13,960 bases of DNA from Acidobacteriota bacterium (GTDB lineage Bacteria; Acidobacteriota; UBA6911; JACQSX01). A program made the translations under genes and the position numbers. Of this stretch, positions 1-5,648 are shown piece after piece. The notes beneath the pieces were generated by a model. The model did not search any database. It was given only the letters and a program-made list of their open reading frames with translations, and had not been told where the DNA came from. Where the stretch lies: positions 1 to 13,960 of the forward strand of contig DASXQR010000028.1 in assembly GCA_036507075.1 (NCBI GenBank), given 5' to 3'. Each line of letters starts with the position of its first letter. Position 1 is the stretch's first letter.

Positions 1-45
1 CTCGCATTCGGAAGGTCGAGGGTTCGAGTCCCTTCGTCTCCACCA
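1..45 (+). tRNA. tRNA-Ala(CGC), 3' part (5' end lies outside the window)
   Basis: Anticodon loop CT-CGC-AT (1-7), variable region AGGTC, T-arm GAGGG-TTCGAGT-CCCTT, acceptor 3' strand CGTCTCC with U70 (fits the Ala G3:U70 determinant), discriminator A, encoded CCA at 43-45. Confidence 0.93.
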
Positions 46-97
46 GAAAACCTGAGTACTGTTCGGCTGAAGCAGCACGCCGGATAGCGAGGTTCCT

Positions 98-352
98 ACG
101 ACTAAAGTCGCCCTCCGTCAATTCACACGCCGCGAGTTTGTCGGCGCCGCAGCCGCTTTCACCATCATTCCGCGTCATGTACTCGGACGACCTTACGTTC
201 CGCCGAGCGATCAGATTACGCTGGCTTCCATCGGTTTGGGTCGACAGGGCATGGCCGTCACCATGGGCCTGCTGGCTCGCCCCGAAATCCGGGTGGTGGC
301 GGTTTGCGATTGCAATCGTGGCAGCAAGGACTACATGGAATACGGTTCAACG
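98..352 (+). pseudogene. N-terminal fragment of a Tat-exported Gfo/Idh/MocA-family oxidoreductase
   Basis: Frame of ORF 236..424 extended upstream reads (T)TKVALRQFTRREFVGAAAAFTIIPRHVLGRPYVPPSDQITLASIGLGRQG...IRVVAVCDCN: twin-Arg signal, PPSD motif and Rossmann GxGxxG. GAGG at 89-92 precedes ACG at 98 instead of ATG. Resemblance ends near 350. Confidence 0.85.
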
Positions 353-371
353 TTAGTGAGCAGTACTAATT

Positions 372-419
372 GTCATCGGTCATTGGTCAGTTGTCAGTTG
401 TCAGTGGTAGTGGTCATAG
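372..419 (+). repeat. Degenerate heptamer tandem repeat (GTCAkTk x7)
   Basis: GTCATCG GTCATTG GTCAGTT GTCAGTT GTCAGTG GTAGTG GTCATAG read directly. Confidence 0.85.
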
Positions 420-515
420 GCTGATGCCAGCTTTCAACTAATTAAAAAGTGTCAACGCTGTTGTGAGGTCTTCAAACAGCCGGAAGGGATCGTTGCTGCC
501 AACGACGACGTAAAC

Positions 516-549
516 TCAGTACCGCGATCCGTCAGGTCGCGGCGCGCAG
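516..549 (+). repeat. REP-like imperfect palindrome, copy 1
   Basis: TCAGTACCGCGATCCGTCAGGTCGCGGCGCGCAG; 32/34 identical to 1827-1860; internal CCGCGA...TCGCGG stem. Confidence 0.75.
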
Positions 550-569
550 GTTTAACGCCGGCTGCACTG

Positions 570-1002
570 TGCTATCCGGAAAACTTTCTCTCAACAATTC
601 CGATCAAAATGTTGAGCCGCTCGTCGGTAGCACGAAGCCTCTCGTCGGTTGCACGGAGCCGCTCGTCGGTGGCTCGAAGCCGCTCGTCCGTTGCGCGGAA
701 TCGCTCGTCTGTAACACGGAATTGGTCGCGGGTTTCCCGGAATCCCTCTGCTGTATTCCTGGCAAGGTTTTCAAGAGCATGGCCGAGGCGGAGCAGAAAC
801 GCGCCTAGATCACCGATCTGGCCCTGATGAGCCGCAATACGCTGATCGATCCGTGCCCCCTCCTGTACCAGGAACTCAACTTTTTGTTCGATTCGCTCAA
901 ATCTCTCTTCCGGAAGCATAGGCTTGGCCATATTGTAGTCGATCCTCCCGCCATACATAACGGGCAAACTTGAAAATTCGCGAAAAAATCTCGCAAAATT
1001 TC
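570..1002. repeat. ~430-bp direct repeat, copy 1 (coiled-coil gene plus upstream region)
   Basis: Colinear similarity with 1992-2418 from TGCTATCCGGAAAACTT through the A-rich upstream tract. Confidence 0.9.
572..919 (-). CDS. Heptad-repeat coiled-coil protein, paralog 1 (115 aa, hypothetical)
   Basis: ATG of MLPEERFERIE is the start shared with the paralog. Six heptads of (F/L)RxTDER type are encoded by 21-bp units at 614-739 that differ mainly at synonymous positions. Confidence 0.85.
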   Translation of the reverse strand: MLPEERFERIEQKVEFLVQEGARIDQRIAAHQGQIGDLGAFLLRLGHALENLARNTAEGFRETRDQFRVTDERFRATDERLRATDERLRATDERLRATDERLNILIGIVERKFSG

Positions 1003-1010
1003 AGGAGGCA

Positions 1011-1074
1011 ATCCGCGTACCCCGCGCAAATCAGCGGCACTCTATGATCCGCGTTCTCCGCGTAAATCGGCGGC
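1011..1074 (+). repeat. Two copies of a 28-bp unit with ~9-nt internal periodicity
   Basis: ATCCGCGTACCCCGCGCAAATCAGCGGC (1011-1038) and ATCCGCGTTCTCCGCGTAAATCGGCGGC (1047-1074); third copy at 1957-1985. Confidence 0.75.
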
Positions 1075-1126
1075 TGAACCAAAAATTTTCGCAAATTCAA
1101 CAGCATGCCGGTTATGTCAGGTAACA

Positions 1127-1810
1127 ATGGCGCAATCTGGACAGGTCATCGACACAACCGCATCCCCCAGCCGCCCCCGATGGAAGCTGCAAGTAGACCA
1201 CCGCGAGCGGGGTTCGCGCCTGGTAGAATTGTTGAAAGACAGCGACGCGTTCGAGCTGCAGATGTGCGCACTGAAGGCCGGCGATTACATCTTGAACGAC
1301 AGAATCGTGGTCGAAAGAAAGACTCACACGGATTTTGCGCTGTCGATCATCGATGGCCGCTTGTTTCACCAGGCAGCAGAACTAACCCGAACGCGCCAAC
1401 CTGCACTGATTCTGGTTGAAGGGCCAAAACCGGCGGCCATGCCCAGAATGCATCCCCATGCCCTGAAAGGAGCTATCCTTTCGCTGGCCGTGGCATGGCG
1501 TCTCCCGGTGGTGTTTAGTCGAGATCCAAACGAATCCTGTCTGATGCTTAACATGCTTGCGGAACAGAGCCAGGCGGTAAGCAAACCCGTGCTGTCCCGG
1601 CACGGCTCACGGCCTCCGCGCCCATACGCGCGGCAGTTGTTCGTGCTGCAAGGACTCCCGGGAGTGGGCCCTAAGCTGGCGAAAAGCCTGCTGTCCAGCT
1701 TTGGCTCCGTAGAAGCCGCCATGCGCGCCGAAGAAGCCGAGCTGGCTAAAGTCGAAGGCTGCGGCCCGAAAAAAGCGGCCGCAATTCGAAGGGTCTTAGG
1801 CAACAACTAG
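1127..1810 (+). CDS. ERCC4-domain (XPF/Mus81/Hef-type) structure-specific nuclease with C-terminal tandem helix-hairpin-helix
   Basis: VDHRE, GDY-x7-ERKTHTD catalytic signature, DGRLFHQ, LILVEG, then HhH motifs LPGVGPKLA and VEGCGPKKA. Confidence 0.93.
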   Translation: MAQSGQVIDTTASPSRPRWKLQVDHRERGSRLVELLKDSDAFELQMCALKAGDYILNDRIVVERKTHTDFALSIIDGRLFHQAAELTRTRQPALILVEGPKPAAMPRMHPHALKGAILSLAVAWRLPVVFSRDPNESCLMLNMLAEQSQAVSKPVLSRHGSRPPRPYARQLFVLQGLPGVGPKLAKSLLSSFGSVEAAMRAEEAELAKVEGCGPKKAAAIRRVLGNN

Positions 1811-1826
1811 CCAACATAACCGCAAG

Positions 1827-1897
1827 TCAGTACCGCGATCCGTCAGGGCGCGGCGCGTAGAGGTGACAGGGTCCGCTTGCTGACGCGCGCGGTTCGG
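1827..1897. repeat. REP-like inverted doublet (REPIN-like)
   Basis: TCAGTACCGCGATCCGTCAGGGCGCGG followed by the related inverted arm CCGCTTGCTGACGCGCGCGGTTCGG (1873-1897). Confidence 0.7.
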
Positions 1898-1928
1898 CTC
1901 ATGCGGCGGGGGGCGGCAGGCGCTCTAA

Positions 1929-1986
1929 CTTTGTGTTCTTCGTGTTTTTGTGCTGAATCCGCGTGATCCGCGGCAGATCGGCGGCT
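1929..1986 (+). repeat. 9-nt periodic repeat tract
   Basis: CTTTGTGTT CTTCGTGTT TTTGTG, then ATCCGCGTG ATCCGCGGCAG ATCGGCGGCT. Confidence 0.7.
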
Positions 1987-1991
1987 AGTCT

Positions 1992-2418
1992 TGCTATCCG
2001 GAAAACTTCCTCTCAACAATTCCGATCAATATATTGAGCCGCTCGTCGGTGGCCCGGAGCTTCTCGTCGGTGGCCCGGATTTGCTCGGCGGTAACACGGA
2101 ATTGCTCGCGAATCTGCTCCTCGAACACCTGGAATTGCTCTCGGGTCTCGCGGAATCCTTCTGCTGTATTTCTGGCAAGCTCTTCAAGCGAATGGCCGAG
2201 TCGGAGCAGAAACCCGCCTAAATCGGCGATCTGCTGGGAATGGACCGTAATACGCTGATCGATCCGGGCTCCTTCCTCGACCAGGAACTCAACTTTTCGT
2301 TCAATCCGCTCAAATCTCTCTTCCGGAAGCATAAGCCTGCCTATATTGTAATCGATCCTCCCGCCCATACATAACCGGCAAACTTGCAAATCCGCGAAAA
2401 AATCTCACGAAAATCTCG
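1992..2418. repeat. ~430-bp direct repeat, copy 2
   Basis: Colinear with 570-1002. Confidence 0.9.
1994..2332 (-). CDS. Heptad-repeat coiled-coil protein, paralog 2 (112 aa, hypothetical)
   Basis: MLPEERFERIERKVEFLV...LRATDERLNILIGIVERKFSG; termini nearly identical to 572..919, central repeats differ. Confidence 0.85.
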   Translation of the reverse strand: MLPEERFERIERKVEFLVEEGARIDQRITVHSQQIADLGGFLLRLGHSLEELARNTAEGFRETREQFQVFEEQIREQFRVTAEQIRATDEKLRATDERLNILIGIVERKFSG

Positions 2419-2538
2419 AACGCCGCGACAGATGAAATTGGCCAACGCACTGTGCCGCTACCGAGAGTTGGCGACAGTCCGTGAATGCCCTCGACCACAA
2501 TCAATCCTGCGCTGCTGAAACCATAGGTTAAATCGGTT

Positions 2539-2874
2539 TCAGAGAGTTGGTCGCGTTGTTACACGCGTTACCTGGCCGGCGTGAGTACTTGTAATGGCAG
2601 AAAGCAGGTCCGAAATTAGCGGATGCAGGTCTTCGAGAGCGTTGCTGGGTGCGATCAGAACAATGATGCCGATTCGCACATGGGAAAGGTTCTGCTGACA
2701 CTGCAGGCTGTGATCGGCGGTAACGAAGATCTCAAATCCCTCCTGTGCCGCGCGCTCCAAAAGCTCACCGTTCTTTAGTCCCGACCAGCCCAGCTGCTGA
2801 ACTGTGCGAACTTCGTGTCCAGATAACTCCCGCGCAAGAGCCCGCGGAAGCTGTTCATCGAGCAGCACGCGCAC
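2539..2874 (-). CDS. DUF5615-family PIN-like toxin (VapC45-like)
   Basis: MRVLLDEQLP...HEVRTV...GWSGLKNGELL...FVTADxxLxxQQNL; overlaps the upstream DUF433 gene. Confidence 0.92.
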   Translation of the reverse strand: MRVLLDEQLPRALARELSGHEVRTVQQLGWSGLKNGELLERAAQEGFEIFVTADHSLQCQQNLSHVRIGIIVLIAPSNALEDLHPLISDLLSAITSTHAGQVTRVTTRPTL

Positions 2875-3094
2875 CGGCGGTCAAGAGTTCATGGGCTGCT
2901 TCAAGTGCAGCGATGGCCTGTTCACGTGAAACGGAGGGGAACTCGGTGAGAAACTCATCAAGGCCGTGCCCACGCTCGAGGTAATCGATCAGGTTGCGCA
3001 GCGGGACACGAGTACCGATAAAGACCGGTGTTCCACCCAGGATATCCGGGTCGCTGTGCACAATGGAATTTCCGCTCTTTTGGGCATGCATCAC
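2855..3094 (-). CDS. DUF433-domain antitoxin (VapB45-like)
   Basis: DPDILGGTPVFIGTRVP...LDEFLTEFPSVSREQ signature; start is GTG 3094 or ATG 3091. Confidence 0.93.
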   Translation of the reverse strand: MMHAQKSGNSIVHSDPDILGGTPVFIGTRVPLRNLIDYLERGHGLDEFLTEFPSVSREQAIAALEAAHELLTAGARAAR

Positions 3095-3100
3095 GATAGG

Positions 3101-3106
3101 ATTTTA
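3101..3106 (-). promoter_or_regulatory. Putative -10 box (TAAAAT) of a leaderless DUF433/DUF5615 transcript
   Basis: Minus strand GT-TAAAAT-CCTATC-GTG; 6 nt to the start codon and no Shine-Dalgarno. Confidence 0.5.
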
Positions 3107-3167
3107 ACACGAACAACGCCTTTCTGTGTGCTCGGCGTGATCGTCCGAGATTTGCGTTGCGAGGGTT

Positions 3168-3218
3168 GGCCACGAACTCTGAACACGAATTTCACGAATT
3201 AACACGAATTTCACGAAG
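3168..3218 (+). repeat. CACGAAT nonamer tandem repeat
   Basis: GGCCACGAAC...AACACGAAT TTCACGAAT T AACACGAAT TTCACGAAG; same family at 5554-5613 and 8207-8227. Confidence 0.85.
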
Positions 3219-3242
3219 ACGAAAGAGCTCTGCGGATTGCAT

Positions 3243-3725
3243 TCAGGTTATTATCCAGCGGCGCTCTTTTGTCAGATACATGCCGTAATCGGGAAAGTGA
3301 CTGCTGAATTCAAGTTCGAAGGATTCGCCACGCGGGAGAATCTCTTCCAGCATTATGGCGTGTTCCCAGCCGTCGCCGAAGTCGTACTCGTAGCCGGCCT
3401 GGTTGTTTTCCCTTGTGAAATTTTCCGAAATTGCAACTTCCCAGCCAGGAAGTATTTCCTCCCCGTAGTCCTCATCAGGAATGCCGACCTGCACCAACTT
3501 GCCAGGCACAGGACCCGGTATTTGAAAAACATGAAGGTGATAATCCAGCCAACCCATCACGTCTTGAATCGCAACATGAAGGTCCCAGAAACTGTAGTTG
3601 GCGGGAACCTGAATCCGCCGCCAGATCTCCGGCTCCAGGCCATTCAGGGAGACCTTGAATTGGTAAACTTCGGTGAAATGCTTGCGACTCACAGATCTGC
3701 TTTTCGGCGATTTGCGCGTGTGCAT
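3243..3725 (-). CDS. Plasmid pRiA4b ORF-3 family protein, apparently C-terminally truncated
   Basis: YQFKVSL...PEIWRRIQVP...LHVAIQDVMGWLDYHLHVF...YEYDFGDGWEH; the family's CPPED motif is missing after LEEILPR (~3330). Confidence 0.88.
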   Translation of the reverse strand: MHTRKSPKSRSVSRKHFTEVYQFKVSLNGLEPEIWRRIQVPANYSFWDLHVAIQDVMGWLDYHLHVFQIPGPVPGKLVQVGIPDEDYGEEILPGWEVAISENFTRENNQAGYEYDFGDGWEHAIMLEEILPRGESFELEFSSHFPDYGMYLTKERRWIIT

Positions 3726-3795
3726 ATTGTTTATCCAAAAAAAATAAGCGGCTCGGCGTGTTGCAGGTGGCTTTGTCAGTCTGAAATGTGGTGTT

Positions 3796-3865
3796 CAAAT
3801 CTGGCGGGTGCTGATTCGCTATGTTTATTCACCGCAGAGGCGCCGAGATCGCCGAGTTTCGCAGA
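3796..3865 (+). repeat. ~65-70-bp dispersed element, copy 1
   Basis: CAAATCTGGCGGGTGCTGATTCG...TTCACCGCAGAGGCGCCGAGATCGCCGAGTTTCGCAGA; homologous to 8131-8192 and 10267-10337. Confidence 0.8.
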
Positions 3866-3874
3866 AGGTACCAA

Positions 3875-4198
3875 CTAACGTGCGGCTACTTTTTCGAGCC
3901 TTTTGAGTGTGTCTGGATACTTACGGACGAGCAACACCAGCGTGGCTGCCTGGGGATTGGGTTTGGAGCGTCCTTGTTCCCATTTCTCCAATGTTCTTAC
4001 GTTGATGTGAAGCTTGCGGGCAAAGACAGCTCGTGAGCAGTGCAACTTTAGGCGTGTGTCCTTGATGAGCTTTGAGTCAACTTTAGGAAGCGGCGTCGTA
4101 TCGACTTTGTAGCTGCGCAGCGTGAGCTTTCCCTGGCGGTGGCTCTTCATCGCCGCAACGCCCTCCACCAACTCTCCGAAAATGTCCCGCTTGGCCAT
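3875..4198 (-). CDS. XRE-family HTH antitoxin (HigA/YiaG-like)
   Basis: MAKRDIFGELVEG N-terminus; HTH SRAVFARKLHINVRTLEKWEQGRSKPN; AGGAGG upstream. Confidence 0.92.
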   Translation of the reverse strand: MAKRDIFGELVEGVAAMKSHRQGKLTLRSYKVDTTPLPKVDSKLIKDTRLKLHCSRAVFARKLHINVRTLEKWEQGRSKPNPQAATLVLLVRKYPDTLKRLEKVAAR

Positions 4199-4312
4199 TA
4201 CCGTTTCCTCCTGGATCTATGTTTTCGCACAGCTTGTCTCGCTTCGCGCGCCTTCAATTCGGCTTAGATTGCGTTCTTCAGAGTCATCTTTTCCTTCGAC
4301 GATGAATTCCAT
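4198..4312 (-). pseudogene. Internally deleted HigB/RelE-like toxin gene
   Basis: ATG-GAA-TTC-ATC (MEFI) at 4312 joined out of frame to SKEKMTLKNAI*AELKAREARQAVRKHRSRRKR*, whose TAA overlaps the antitoxin ATG (TAATG). Only 115 nt remain, with an internal TAA at 4264-4266. Confidence 0.75.
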
Positions 4313-4321
4313 TCGACCGGC

Positions 4322-4378
4322 ATTATACGCTGTTAGCGTACAAACATAACCGTACGCCAATAGCGTAGTCATCGTCAA
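4322..4378 (-). promoter_or_regulatory. Toxin-antitoxin promoter with two palindromic operators
   Basis: TACGC-N5-GCGTA at 4326-4340 and 4353-4367; minus-strand TATAAT at 4327-4322 and TTGACG at 4378-4373. Confidence 0.75.
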
Positions 4379-4669
4379 GGCCAACGCACGCCGAAGTGAT
4401 GATTGAAGCCCTTCCGTGCCAGCAACGGAGAAGGGAGTCGGTCCTCGTTTTCGCAATCACAGTATGGTGTTAGAATCTGCAATTATTTGAAGTTTCGGAT
4501 CACTCAAGGAATTTCGCAACACAGCACAAGAATGGGGCGAACTCGCGACGGGAACAGCATCGAAATTGCAGCTTGTTCGGACTTTCAACGACCCGGAATG
4601 CCAGTGACATCTTCAAGAGAGTGGTTTCCCCTGATAATCGCGACTGATCACCGGCAGCAGAGGAGGCGT

Positions 4670-5545
4670 ATGAGGCGACTAATCTGGGTTGTGCTGGCGC
4701 TGGCGGCCCTGCCGCTTATGGCGCAGGATCGACCGCGTATTCTTATCATTACCGACCTTGAGGGCGTCGGCGGGGTTAACGACCGGGACGAACAGATTCT
4801 GCCCGGGCAGCGGCGCTTTGAGGAATCGCGGCGGCTGCTGATCGGGGAGCTCAACGCGGCTGTCGAAGGAGCGCTCAAGGGCGGCGCGCGTGAGGTGGTG
4901 GTGTGGGACGGCCACGACGGGAGTCGCACGCTGTCGATTGACGAAATCCACCCGCGGGCGCAGCTCATCCAGGGAAAACCGACGCCGGCCGATTACTACA
5001 TGAGCGAACCCAAATACGACGGAATCATGTTTGTCGGGCAGCACGCGATGGCCGGTGCCGCCGGGCCCCTGGCGCACTCGCAGAGCTCGGCGACCATCGA
5101 GCGCATCTCGCTGAATGGACGCCCCGTCGGGGAGATCGGCCAGGCCGCAGCGATCGGCGGCTACTTCAACATCCCTGCGATTATGCTCTCGGGCGACGAC
5201 GCGGCCTGCCGGGAGCTGCTTGAGCTTCAGCCCAAAGCCGAGACCGTCGCCGTAAAGCACCTGATCGGCCGAGCCTCGACGCTCTCGATGTCTCACACCG
5301 AGGCCAAGACGCGCATCGAGGCGGCGGCGCGGCGCGCCGTGGAGCGGCTGAAGGAGTTTTCACCCTGGAAGCTGGACGGTCCGGTCGAGCTGAAATTCGA
5401 GTATTGGCCGGAAACTCCGGGCGCCCCATCGGCTTCGCTGCGGCGAGAGGGGAAGGATGTCCAGCCAAAGACGGTGATCTACCGCGGGCAGACGGTGCTG
5501 GAAGCGTTTGAGCAGTGGCTGGGGAAGCTTGAGATGCGGAGATAA
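4670..5545 (+). CDS. M55-family metallopeptidase (DppA-like D-aminopeptidase) with N-terminal signal peptide
   Basis: AGGAGG at 4661-4666; signal MRRLIWVVLALAALPLMA; motifs ITDLEGV, VWDGHDG, FVGQHAMAG, LAHSQS, GEIG, SGDD. Confidence 0.92.
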   Translation: MRRLIWVVLALAALPLMAQDRPRILIITDLEGVGGVNDRDEQILPGQRRFEESRRLLIGELNAAVEGALKGGAREVVVWDGHDGSRTLSIDEIHPRAQLIQGKPTPADYYMSEPKYDGIMFVGQHAMAGAAGPLAHSQSSATIERISLNGRPVGEIGQAAAIGGYFNIPAIMLSGDDAACRELLELQPKAETVAVKHLIGRASTLSMSHTEAKTRIEAAARRAVERLKEFSPWKLDGPVELKFEYWPETPGAPSASLRREGKDVQPKTVIYRGQTVLEAFEQWLGKLEMRR

Positions 5546-5553
5546 TTGAAGAG

Positions 5554-5613
5554 GGCCGCGGATTAACACGAATTGGGCCACGAATTACACGAATTCCACA
5601 AATTTCACGAATT
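5554..5613 (+). repeat. CACGAAT nonamer tandem repeat
   Basis: GGCCGCGGATT AACACGAAT TG GGCCACGAAT TACACGAAT TCCACAAAT TTCACGAAT. Confidence 0.85.
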
Positions 5614-5648
5614 ACAGGTGTCGAACCATCGATCCAGACTCTTCTAAT

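Noticed and set aside
614..739. 21-bp repeats as a CRISPR array
   Set aside because: Units are contiguous with no spacers, stay in frame and vary at synonymous positions; no cas genes.
920..967. Longer N-termini given by the ORF track for the coiled-coil genes (967 and 2389)
   Set aside because: The extensions differ by an indel between paralogs; only the MLPEERF ATG is shared.
1814..1990. Canonical integron attC after the ERCC4 gene
   Set aside because: An inverse-core-like ACATAAC is present, but there is no matching L boxes or downstream GTTRRRY and no intI in the window. Kept only as a non-canonical site hypothesis.
569..2258. Plus-strand ORFs 569..808, 609..827, 1991..2221, 2034..2258
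   Set aside because: Antisense shadows of the repetitive coiled-coil genes.
4217..4456. 79-aa minus-strand ORF as the toxin
   Set aside because: It runs through the promoter and operators and reads the toxin remnant in the wrong frame.
4403..4669. 89-aa N-terminal extension of the M55 peptidase
   Set aside because: The RBS and signal peptide point to ATG 4670; the extension looks non-coding.
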